64,000 bases of DNA from the NCBI RefSeq assembly GCF_001194135.2, contig NC_068993.1, forward strand, positions 60,880,934 to 60,944,933, given 5' to 3'. The DNA comes from Octopus bimaculoides. Lineage: Eukaryota. Each line of letters opens with the position of its first letter. Position 1 is the first letter of the stretch. The position numbers were made by a program, and so were the translations under genes. Positions 37,600 to 48,935 of the stretch are shown here, piece by piece. The notes under the pieces were generated by a model. It searched no databases, had not been told where the DNA came from, and saw only the letters and a program-made list of their open reading frames with translations.

Positions 37600-37785
37600 G
37601 GGGGGGGGGGCTAAAGTCGATTAGATCGGACCCCAGTACGTAACTGGTATTTATTTTATCGACTTCGAAACGATGAAAGGCAAAATCAACCTCGGCAGAA
37701 TTTGAACTCAGAACGTAAAGACGGACAAAATTCCTCTAAGCATTTTGCCCGGCGAAGAAACAATTCTGCCAGCTCTTCGCCTTAG
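37600..37785 (-). mobile_element. SINE family A
   Basis: aaagtcgattagatcggaccccagtacgtaactgg...aatttgaactcagaacg...gccagctcttcgcctt. Confidence 0.85.
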
Positions 37786-38096
37786 GGAAGCGAATTATTA
37801 ATGGTAGAGATGATAGTGGAAGTGCTCTTTTCTTTAACTTGCCTCGGACCCCCACTGATTCGGCTAAACTACGGTTGAAATTGCCCTTTGTCCCCGAACA
37901 AGCATATAAACGAACATCAGAAACTAATTTTTAATTTCTCGGAATTGTCTCTCTTTTCTTTGAAGAGTCCATCACGAATCCTGCAAAACGTTTGTCTTCT
38001 TTCTCCAAGAACGAAGACAATTTTCAGCAAGTACTGCTTGCGAAGCATATTCATTCCCTCACACATTTAACTAATTATTCATTATTTATGGCATTG

Positions 38097-38185
38097 TAAG
38101 ACGGCGAGCTGGCAGAATCGTTACTATGCCGGATAAAATGCTCAGCGGCATTTTTTCTGGCTTTACGTTTTGAGTTCAAATTCTA
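38097..38185 (+). mobile_element. SINE family A head fragment
   Basis: aagacggcgagctggcagaatcgttactatgccgg...gagttcaaatt. Confidence 0.8.
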
Positions 38186-38279
38186 TCTATATATCTGTCT
38201 GTCTATCTATCTGTCTATCTATCAGTCTGTCTCCCTATCTATCATCCAATAAAATGAAGGCAAACTTTTCTTTAACCAA

Positions 38280-39070
38280 TCTTTCTTTCTTTCTTCCTGT
38301 CTTCATAAGAATTTTCTTTCTTCTTGTCCATTTCTTCCTCTCTTTTTTCCTTTCTTTTCATTCCCTTCTTTCTTGCGTTCGTCTTTCTTTTCTCTCTTTT
38401 TCCTGTTTTCTTCTTTCTTTCTCTTATCTGTTTCCTCCAATCCGTTCCTTTTTATTTTCTCTCTCAAACTTTATTTCTTCTTTCCTTCTTTCTTTCCTCC
38501 TTTCCTCCTTTTCTCTTTCCCTCCCCCCTCTCCCTCTCTCTCTCCCTGTCTTTTTCTTTTCTTTCTTTCCTTGTTCTTTCTTTCCTTTCTTCCTTTCATT
38601 TTTCTTCACATCAAATCCGTGTCTCTCAATAAACTCTCTTAATTCTAATCTCGTTTATTATATTTTTTTAAATGTCCGCCTCGTTAATTTTCTCTCCTTT
38701 AGCAGAAACTCGCACAAACACCCCACTCACTCACTCCTCCACTTAACTCTCCTCTCTCTCCTCCCCTCTATCCCCCGCATCTCTTTACGCCCCCACTCTA
38801 TCCCCTCCTTCTGTCTACTCCTCCCCTTCTTCTCATACTCTTACTTCTCCCCCACACATAATTTCCCCCTCTCTGTTTCTCTCTGTTTCTCTTTAAACAT
38901 ACACACGTACTCACACACCCACACACAGACACTCATACGCGCACACATACTTCAACATCTCTGCCTATCTCTCTCCCTCCCATCACATGTATATATACGT
39001 CTATATCCGCCCCCTCACCCTTCTCTCTCTCTCTCTCTCTCTCTCTTTCCCGCCCTCCTCCTCCCCCACC
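38280..39070. repeat. Pyrimidine-rich low-complexity tract
   Basis: Direct reading. Confidence 0.85.
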
Positions 39071-39179
39071 CATTTCAGCGTTGAAATTCATATCATGATC
39101 CCTTATAATAATCTATGTATCTCATAATTGACATAATTAAATATATTATCAACGAAATGTCACTTCAGTAGCAGACTAT

Positions 39180-39264
39180 TGATTACCAACATCATCATCA
39201 TCATCTACATTATTCTTGCTATTGTTGTTTTTATTGCTGTTGTCGGTGTTGTTGTTGTTGTTGT

Positions 39265-39326
<62 letters not shown>

Positions 39327-39333
39327 CTCTTAA

Positions 39334-39369
<36 letters not shown>

Positions 39370-39419
39370 TATTATTATTATCATTATTATTATTATTATT
39401 GTGCAAACAATGCTGCTGC

Positions 39420-39474
<55 letters not shown>

Positions 39475-39510
39475 GTTATTATCATCATCATTAGTGTTGT
39501 TGTTGTTGTT
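39180..39510. repeat. Compound trinucleotide microsatellite (CAT/GTT/GTA/ATT)
   Basis: Direct reading. Confidence 0.9.
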
Positions 39511-40429
39511 ATATTATTCCATTGTGTTGTTCATCATTCATTTTGGTTCTTTTGTTTTCTCTGGCTGTTATTATAATATAATATAATTACATTCTTTACA
39601 TAATGGAATTTAATATTGGAACTGTGATTACGACTGCTAATGGGGATGGGGGTTGTGTGGAGGAGACACTACTAAACGGAGAGGTCACCTCCTCCCATGC
39701 CTTCTCCCGAACACCATTAAATGATGACGAAATAGAGACTAAACACCATTAACAGAGAAGGTAGATAAACGGCGTTATCTTAGGAAGGAATCTCACCTGA
39801 CACCATTAATTGGAAAGGTTGTCATGTGACGATTAATCCATTAGTTGTAAGGGTACTTCAGACGCTACGATTAACTGCGGATATAGCCGTAATTTTATTA
39901 ACTGAAGAAATAAATCGAATAAATTGGTTGTAGGTTGGTGGTAAATAAACCTCATTATTGGAGAAATATCCATGCATTCGTCTTATTCCCCCATTCCAAC
40001 TCCTGGCAGGGTTGTCTGGGGTAGAGTCCTCAGGCACTTTCTTTATAGGCTCCTATCGTAATCCTGGATTCCAATGTCATATTTCCGGTTCTGGTTAACA
40101 TTACGGCAACAATGTGTAATGATCACAAAATATAAATATCGTAATAACCTACAGGACAAGATTCTACGCTTTGTGCTGTCGTGATAGAAATAACAGGAAA
40201 CCAGTCCGATTCTACTATCTTCCAAAAGGAAAAGAACGTGGTGAAAAAAGGTCATCCTACATATTATGTCTGAAAACAATAGAGAAATATTTGGTAATAA
40301 CTAAGAGCTTCTTCGATCATAGGTTTGCAGCATCCAAACTGACATTCAGCTAAATAACGACAAGAGAAGCTCAACTGCAGCATCCATTACAACGCAACAA
40401 CAGTTGTCAATATTAAAGAAAGAAAAGAA

Positions 40430-41000
40430 AATCGACCTTTAAAAGGAAAGTTGTGCAACATAGCGTTAAGTAAAAGGTTGACAATGCATTTTTAACCGGT
40501 AAAAGAGGTAATACAATACGATATTAGAAACACTAGAAAATTAGCATTAAAAGGAAATTTCACCACATTGTTAACTGGATAGATAAGCAACAGACGATGT
40601 GTTGAAGAGAGAGACAACGTATTGTTAATTGAAGGGGGAGATAATTGACACTAACGTTAATTAGAGAGGTGTGTGACATACGGTTAATTGAGAGGATAGA
40701 AAACATAACTTTAATTGGAGATGTAGACAACATACTATTATCTGGAGAGTAAGACAATATACCGTTATTTGGAGATATCTACAATATATCGTTAATCGAA
40801 GGGGTGTTCAACACATCGTTAATAGGGGAGATATTAAATATACTGTTAACTGGAAAAGTTAAATGGAAAGACAGACAATACTCTGTTAATTGGAGAAGTA
40901 TACAGTGTGTCGTCAACTGGAGAGATAGATAAGACACAGTTAGCAGGAGAAAATAGACTCTTAACTCTAGAGGCAGATAATATAGCGTTAAGTAGAAAGA
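40430..41000. repeat. Highly diverged 27-bp minisatellite, consensus about GTTAATTGGAGAGATAGACAACATACC, at least 16 units
   Basis: gttaa(t/c)tggaga anchor recurs every 27 bp through about 40650-40850, with some shortened or lengthened units on either side. Confidence 0.75.
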
Positions 41001-41331
41001 GATCGCATCTCAGTATAAAATTAAAGAGATAACCGGTGCCACATCAAATACAGTGGAAGGTACCATTACTTGGTATTTATTGTACGTTTTTGTTTTTCAT
41101 GTACTAAGATTGAAAATGCCTACCAGTATAACACGAGTAAGGCATGTGTCTCAAAGCACATGTACGGCCAAGCTACAGGAAAAGCTATAATGACGTTAAA
41201 TTAGTTTTGATCTCTGTCAGCTTGATCATGTTCAAGGAGAGACCTAGTTCAGTCATATTACGAGAAAAGCCTAATAACTTTACGCATGTGACTTTATCTG
41301 AGATGGTGTGCTGAAACAAAAAACAATTGCA

Positions 41332-41557
41332 GCGTGGAAGGTGTTTATAAACCATTTAAAGACACACAAAAAACCGTTAGATTCACTTCAGCATCTAAAT
41401 TTAATTTGTCAAGATATTTTCGTCGCTTTGAAACCGCGACTTGTTCACTGACAAAATTCTGTGCGGCATTTTGACAAGTTAAATTTAAATGTTGAAGCGA
41501 ATCTAACGGGGGGTTTTTTTTGTGTGTTTTTAAATGGTTTATAAACATCTCCCATGC
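41332..41557. mobile_element. Fold-back / MITE-like element, arms 41332-41415 and 41468-41557
   Basis: Arms align with 9 substitutions and one 6-nt indel in an A/C homopolymer; 52-nt spacer. Confidence 0.8.
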
Positions 41558-41729
41558 CTAATATCTTTGTACAAACAGAAAGTTTCCATGTTGCCACAAG
41601 GCATCATTGCACTTTCAATACAAAAAAATAGGTTTCGCATTGGGTTTTAGTAATCGAATATTAGATAGAAGTGTGGTTGTGTAACATCAAGTGCTCTTCA
41701 AATATGGCACATATAAAAAAAAATACGAC

Positions 41730-41792
<63 letters not shown>

Positions 41793-43466
41793 GTAAATAT
41801 ATGTGTGTGTGTGTGTGTGAGTGTTTATTGGGCGATATACCTAAAGCTCCACGAGACTCCGGCAGGGGGCTGGGCGAACCCTGCTGTACTCTTTCACTGC
41901 AACTTTCTCTCACTCTTTCTTCCTGTTTTTGAGTTAGACATTAGACATTTATCTGAAACTGAGACAGAGACACATGTCCATGATTGTCCTCTCCTCTCCA
42001 GACGGTAAGTCTTTTTCCTTAATGGTCTGTCAACTTTGGAGAATCCTTGATCTTTGAGATTATCTCTTCTTAAGAGGGGATCGTCTCATTTACCATTTTG
42101 TAATTGCGACACAGCGTCAGGAGGCAGAAATAGTTTTAATAAATCAAGAAATTTATGTTGTGCGGTATTTGATAGACCTGTCTTTGTCTATGTTGCTCAT
42201 CTACATGCCACTGGCTGCTCTGAGTTATTCCTCTCTCACCTCACACACATACACACACACACACACACAGATATACATATGTATATGTGTATGATTTTTA
42301 CATAGACACACTGGCATATACATTCTCACAAAGCTCTACGCTAAGGAAACTTCAAACATTCGCATAAACATGTGTATATAGACGTGCGAGTGTGGAAGTA
42401 TGCATCTAAGCTGGCGCCTCCTACAATCACATGCCATCTACAAACACCCGATTAAATTTGACGTATGCCTGCAATAGAATTCAGACTAAACGTGATGACC
42501 ACTTATAATCACACACACGCACACGCTCTTTCTCCGCCCCCTTTCTCTCTCCATCACTCTCTATCTCTCTCATACACACTGCCTAACTCTCGTTCTTTCT
42601 CTCCCGCTCTCACACACAAACATCTATTGACGTCATATAATATCTCTTGTTTTCTTTTACCATTATTCCCACCCTCACAGATTAGACCAGACTTGCCTTG
42701 ATAGATCGCTGATAGAATTGTGATAACGTTTAATTTACAAGATAAATAACATTTGAAAGATGAAGACTCTTTTGGGCCAGAAGACTAATTTAATATTTGT
42801 CGATCGAGTGCAGCCATTGTAAGCTGCTACAACAAACACGATGAACAAGATGGCTGCCTGGTGGGATGGACGGATGGATGGTAGCGCTTTTCTTTTTCCA
42901 TTGTTATTGTTTTTGTACGTTTATTCTCCCTCTGTCAGTAAACTAAGTCAAACAGTTGTGTCATTTTATATTCTTCCGATCTATTCCTCACCTCTTTCTT
43001 CCTTCCTTTCTTTCTTTCATTCTCTCAGTTTTCTTTCTTCTTTTTCTTCTTTTCTTCTTGCTTGCTACTTGTTCTATCGCTTATATTTGATTTTTGCATC
43101 TCCTTCATTTTTCTCCATTCAATATTTCTTTTCATCTTACTGTACACTCCTTACGTCTGTCTGTGCAACCCTCCCCCCTCCCCCCCACACACACACTCAG
43201 AACTGGTGTTTCAACAGCGTTTCATTTCGTTGCTATGATGCACGATAGACTAATATCTACCCGTTTATAGCTGACACTATATGCGTTACGGAAACTGTAG
43301 ACACTCTATCTCTATCGTATCTGTACGGACAAAAAAAGGGGAAACACTTCCGAAAACGAAAGAGAAGAATGCAACTCTTGCCACTATTTTTCTTCGCACA
43401 TATTTTGCATAGGAATCGCTTAAAATAGTCCAAGGACATAATGTTAGCTGCAAGACCGATAAATAT

Positions 43467-43540
43467 ACACGGCTAGCTCAGTCGGCCGAGCATGAGACTC
43501 TCGATCTCGGTCTCGTGCTTTCGGGGCCCCACGTCGGATG
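43467..43540 (+). pseudogene. Degenerate tRNA-Lys(CUU)-derived sequence
   Basis: cggctagctcagtcggccgagcatgagactctcgatctcggtctcgtgctttcggggccccacgtcgg aligns to canonical eukaryotic tRNA-Lys-CTT; anticodon loop now CUCUCGA; T-arm/B-box damaged. Confidence 0.7.
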
Positions 43541-43554
43541 CACTGCATCCTTTG

Positions 43555-43745
43555 CTGCAGGCGTGGTGGTGAAGTAAAGAAGTTCAGTTTGCAACCAATT
43601 AGTTCCTGGTTCGAGCCCACTGCGATGCACCTCGGCCACGTGTCTTCTTTTACGGCTTTAGTCTATAGAAGGTTTGTGAGTGCCCAAAGCTTTGTGAGTT
43701 TGCAGACGGAGACTGAGTAGAAGCCCTACGAATATATCTATATGT
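43555..43745 (+). mobile_element. SINE family B 5' part, diverged
   Basis: gcaggcgtggtggtgaagtaaagaagttc...gttcgagcccactgcgatgcacctcggccacgtgtcttc. Confidence 0.7.
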
Positions 43746-43774
43746 GTGGGAGGGTGTTTGTGTTATTTCTTTAC

Positions 43775-43984
43775 TACCCACAAGGGGCTACATACAGAGA
43801 GGACAAACAAGGACAGACAAATGGATTAAGTCGATTATATCGACCCCAGTGTGTAACTGCTACTTATTTAATCGACCCCGAAAGGATGAAAGGCAAAGTC
43901 GATCTCGGCGGAATTTGAACTCAGAACGTAGCGGCAGACGAAATACCGCTAAGCATTTCGCCCGGCGTGCTAACGTTTCCGCCA
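43775..43984 (-). mobile_element. SINE family A (alternative-tail subfamily), young-looking
   Basis: Near-consensus gaccccgaaaggatgaaaggcaaagtcgatctcggcggaatttgaactcagaacgtagcggcagacgaaataccgctaagc. Confidence 0.9.
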
Positions 43985-44082
43985 AATCGTTGTGTTAACA
44001 ACAAACAAGATGAGGACAGATATCCGTCAAATGTAAATAATGCAAATAATGTACATAATTCCTCATCTCTTAAATCTAGAAC
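43981..44082 (+). mobile_element. 3' portion of the hammerhead-bearing repeat seen at 33535-33640
   Basis: cgttgtgttaacaacaaacaagatgaggacagatatccgtcaaatgta nearly identical to the reverse complement of 33535-33563. Confidence 0.85.
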
Positions 44083-44264
44083 TGTAAATGTAGAGTTATT
44101 TATATTTTACTGGAAGCTGGATATTTACAAATCATTCCTCCGAGTTTTTCGTTCCTATTTTCAGTCGATTATATAAAAAACAAAATATGAGATAAAAAAA
44201 ATTCAGTGTTTCATAAGCAAGAAAAATTATTGCTCATCGATTTGATCTGATCCGGCATGCTAAC

Positions 44265-44470
44265 AATTCCGGCAGAATTGTTAGCATGCCGGACAAAAGG
44301 CTTGGCGGTATTTCATCGGTCTTCACGTTCTGACTCCAAATGCCGCCCAGGTTGACTTTACCTTTCATTTCTCCAGGGTCCATAAAATAAGTACCAGTTG
44401 AACACTGGGGTCGACGTTACCGATTTATACACTCCCCTGTAATTGCTGGCCTCGTGCCGAAATTTGAAAC
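44265..44470 (+). mobile_element. SINE family A with inverted 5' duplication
   Basis: ggcagaattgttagcatgccggac...aaaataagtaccagttgaacactggggtcgac...gtgccgaaatttgaaac. Confidence 0.85.
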
Positions 44471-44944
44471 TAACGGCTATTATCGAATGAAGGAATCTTA
44501 TTGCATGACAATAAAACTGCTATCTGAAAATATATTGGGATGACACATAGAGCATTAGAGATAAATTTTACGAAATGTATTTTCGCCTGTAAATGTGTAT
44601 ATGAAATTTTTATTTATTTATTTATTTATGGAGAAAAACTTAGCAGTGTTGACTATTGTATTGCATAAAACATCAAATCGTTAACACGATGTATTTAGAA
44701 TTTATTTTATTCCAGAATTTTTATTATTCAGCGACATGAAGTACTTATTGCTTGAATTTGCCATTAGAGGATACAAAATAACAAAAACAAATGAGTTGTC
44801 GCGTGTTTATATCCGTCTAAAATCTCTCTTAGTTTATCCGTGTGCATTATATTTAAAAGAATTTCCAGCACACTACAGCAACAGTGTCATAGTTTCGCGC
44901 CGTATGAGCACAAATGAACTGCATAGTTTTAGAAAAAATCTCAT

Positions 44945-45156
44945 AAATTTATTTATAAAATTGGCATTAAAAATCACAGTTAATACTCAGCTCAATTTCC
45001 TGGAAACTACCTGAAACATAGATACGAGTATATTCTTCCAATAATATCAAAAATTTATTTATAACATTGGCATTAAAATCACAGTTAATACTCAGCTAAA
45101 TTTCTTAGAATCTACCTGAAACGTAGAGACGAATATATCCTTCCATTATCAAAAAA
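44945..45156. repeat. 106-bp direct tandem duplication (2 units)
   Basis: aaatttatttataa.attggcattaaaa..cacagttaatactcagct starts at 44945 and 45051. Confidence 0.85.
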
Positions 45157-45589
45157 ATGTTTATGCATATAAACGAATATTCAAATCAGCTGCCACACAC
45201 TCTTCGATAATATTTAATCCCTTGTATAGATTAAATTCGTATCGTCATTATCTTCAGATGTAAGCCAGGTTTATTAGGGATTCTGGTTATTACATGGAAG
45301 CTATTGCGTAATAGTGGCTTTACACATAATTACCAATCAATAACCGCTCAAATGTCTGCAAGGGTAATTTGGCCAAATTACCTTTGATCGCCAAAAACCT
45401 CTTCAGTTTAATCGATTTTCGTTTCCCAACAAATAACACAAGATATTTAATAAAAAGTCCATGAATACAATCTATTCTTTTAAAATCTTTGCTCGCTTAA
45501 TCAATTTACTCTCCAAAATCTCACAACTACAGAATCTTTTCTCCCTTTTGTAGCTTCAGATCCCGAAACAACTCTCCGCTTGGCGATAA

Positions 45590-45875
45590 TTGTTTTTCAA
45601 AATCCCTGATATATTTTGGAACAGATAAGAAAGAAGATCTAAAACTTCAAGAATTAATCAATGACGTTCATAACTGTTTTTAAAATCAAACGGGAAATGA
45701 CGAAAGGGGCATATATTTCTAGACATTCTAATGAAGAACGTGAGATTATTACAACTGATCTCTACAAGGAAACGAATAACCATGAGTCCTTAAGCTTTTG
45801 ACTTTGCCATCCGTTCCATGCAATAAAAAATTACCCATATATACGCAATAGTTACAGACACTTTATTTCACGTTG
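45590..45875 (+). mobile_element. Penelope-like element (PLE) reverse transcriptase C-terminal/thumb remnant
   Basis: Frameshifted ..ELINDVHNCFKIK.E..ISFLDIL..IITTDLYKETNNHESLSF*LCHPFHAIKNYPY..R..SRCS matches the PLE pattern LN..H..IKFT.E..FLD..TD+Y.KPT..HQYL.F.S.HP..K.IPY..R..ICS. Confidence 0.6.
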
Positions 45876-46399
45876 CTCCAGTTCACTCAGCTGGCAAAAA
45901 TGAGTAGTACCTATATTTCAAAAGGACAGCCTCGTCACATTCTGTGTCACGCTGAATCTCCCTGAGAACTATGCTAAGAGTATAGTGTCTGTGGAGTGCT
46001 CAGCCACTTGCACATTAATTTCAGGAACACGTTTTTCCAGTGCCATCGTTGTCACTGACGAAGTACCATTTTTTTTTTGGGGGGGGGGGGGATAGTATAT
46101 TTTTATTGATGTGAATTAATTTTAACTGCATATCGAAATCGGTTTCACAACTTCTGTTCAGTGTCTTATAAAAATGTTGGTTTTTCCTGTTGCCTAAAGA
46201 AAAAGATCTTGCATTTGAAGCAAGCATCCAATGTCTTTCTCAAGGAAAGCTAGACAGAAGTCAAGCGATAATTGAAACAGTCTCAATGCCCACCCAGCCG
46301 TGAGGCTCCGACAGCATTCGAAGAGCTGCACTGGCTGTAGTACATAGCCATCGTAACAACGTTAACTGACCCTACAATAGCGGTCTCATAGTTTGACAG

Positions 46400-46580
46400 A
46401 AGGACAGGAGGTAAGTCTATTACGTCGACCCCAGTCTTTAACTGGTACATACCTTATCGACCCCCGAGAGAACGAAAGTTAAAGTTGACCTGGTCACAGT
46501 TCGGATTCAGAACGTAATGAGTTAGAAGAAGAGTGGCCATGCATCCTAGTCCAACACCGTGACGATTCTGCTAGCTTGCT
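46400..46580 (-). mobile_element. SINE family A, diverged
   Basis: attacgtcgaccccagtctttaactggtac...atcgacccccgagagaacgaaagttaaagttgacc. Confidence 0.7.
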
Positions 46581-46801
46581 GTTTTATCTGTTTCTATAAT
46601 GGTGCTACCACTATAATGGTGCGCCCGCACTCGCATACGTACACACACACGCGTACAAACACACATACAAACACACACACAAACACATGCAAACAGCACA
46701 GACACATTCTGTCATTTAGTTATATCTCGCACGTGTAGGCACGCAAACCTCTTCACTGGCCTTTCTCTCGCTCTCTCTTTCTCTTTTTCTCTATCTGCCT
46801 G

Positions 46802-46865
<64 letters not shown>

Positions 46866-46987
46866 TGTTTCTTTAAGAGCAGAATCCATTAAAAGACATC
46901 AGAAATCAAAGACAAAACACACGGAACCAGGAACCTTAAGGCAAGAATTACACAAGTTGCGTTATAACATGTATGCTCGTTTATCAA

Positions 46988-47055
<68 letters not shown>

Positions 47056-47496
47056 CAAGAGAATAAACGCTTAAATAGCCAATGTCGGGTCATATCTATT
47101 TCAGCAGACTGGAATTTGAAGCCGATTTCACAACCGTGGGGCCGTCGAATATTTACCAGTTGCTGCAGAGTTTTCTGCGTGCCATGATTGAATAACCGAA
47201 TCATAAAGATACGATGAAAAACAATGAAAGGAACCATAGAAATATAGAGAGGGAAGGAAGAAGGATGAGAAGAATAAGAGAAGTAGGTGAAACGCGAAAG
47301 TGAAAGTGAAAGAAGAGGATGACCAGCAGCAGGATGAAGTAATGTTTAGGCTGGATCGATAAACGGTTATTAGATTACAGATGAGAAATCAACTTAATTA
47401 GTCATTTTAAATAGGAGCCATTATTCATGTCATTTATATACGTGTGTAGGTGAGTGGCTGTATATTGAATATATGCACGCGCGTGTGTGTGTGTGC

Positions 47497-47528
<32 letters not shown>

Positions 47529-47639
47529 TTAGCATATACAGATGTGTGTGTTTACGCGTATATATGTTAGCATGTGTATATATGTTTGTACATAAATATA
47601 TATATGTATGTGTGTATGTATAATAGTGGGGTATATATA

Positions 47640-47707
<68 letters not shown>

Positions 47708-48829
47708 GAGACAGCGTATTTGTGGAAAAGTTCAAAATATATTTATGTGGGTATTTATTTATTTATTTATGTGTTTCAGCCAAGTGGCTGCGGTCATGCT
47801 GGTGCACCACCGTGAGTATGATTAATAAACAGACATTGAAAGCCCACTGGGGAAACAAAGTTCCCGTGGTTGAACAAAACAAAACTCTCTCTCCCTCTCT
47901 CTCTTTTTCTCTCTCTCTCTCTTTTTCTCTCTCTCTCTCTCTCTACAGAATAGACACAAGAACAACTCCCACACGTTCCATGACCATTAGCAGCTTTTCA
48001 GGAATATTGAATTTGTTTGTTTCTACTACAAAGGATCTGAGACACAGAGACGCAGAGAGCGTGGTGGTTGTGGCGGGGGGGACGGAAGGAGGGGGAGGTG
48101 GAGAGCGTCGGGTTACGACTATTTATCCAAAAACGCGATGATTAACAGGTACCAATGTTTTTCATTATCGTTTCAAGTTGAATGACGTTCAAAAAGGTAT
48201 TCCAAGGCCAGAAGAAGCGTTTTGGCCCTCAGCCTGCACGCTTCGCCTGAATGGTACAGAAAGAACCGAATTAGTCTTCGCTAACATAAGGGTTCCATCT
48301 GCAACCTCGCAGCAACTTGGAGCTGGTTCCCGCTGCTCTCCTGCCTACCCTGTTACTGGTTGTCCTCGGTAGTTTCGGTTCCACACCAATTTTCTACAGG
48401 AATTAGCGCACCGATCTAGCTGGAACACCGTGGCAGCAGATTTCAAAAGGGAATGATGCTACGCGCTGATCCATGACAAAGTCTTCGTCAACCAAGTCCT
48501 GGAACTGGGTTTTCTTTAGCTGGTGAGAAAGCGTCGAATCTGCCCTCCAGGTTTCTGTAAGTTTAACCACGATTATTGTGCTTTCCCTCCTGAAGGCACT
48601 CGTCTACCTCGGACTACTTTATGCGATGTGTTCTTTACAGATGTAAGTGGAGTTTTAGAGGACACTTGGCTGCTATTTTTAGCGGGTTTGGCAACCGAGA
48701 ACAGGTTCTTTCCTAACTAGTAATCATCATTGGGCAATGCCACGTGGTTTTTTTTACTGTTATTGCGGTCGTAGCACATGTTATTACTGTTGTCGTGATG
48801 AGGGTGACGAAGAGGTGAAGAAGCAGGAG

Positions 48830-48935
48830 AAGGAGGAGGAGGAGGAAGAAGAAGAAGAAGAAGAAGAAGAAGAAGAAGAAGAAGAAGAAGAAGAAGAAGA
48901 AGAAGAAGAAGAAGAAGAAGAAGAGGAGGAGTAGG
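48830..48935. repeat. (GAA)/(GGA) microsatellite
   Basis: Direct reading. Confidence 0.95.

Noticed and set aside
37960-38100. Exon-like segment ESITNPAKRLSSFSKNEDNFQQV
   Set aside because: Acceptor plausible but the only good donor overlaps a SINE head; insufficient support
40430-41000. CRISPR-like array
   Set aside because: No invariant repeat alternating with unique spacers; whole units are homologous; eukaryotic context with no cas genes
46400-46415. Strong donor GAG|GTAAGT
   Set aside because: Coincides with an antisense SINE tail; no open upstream exon frame
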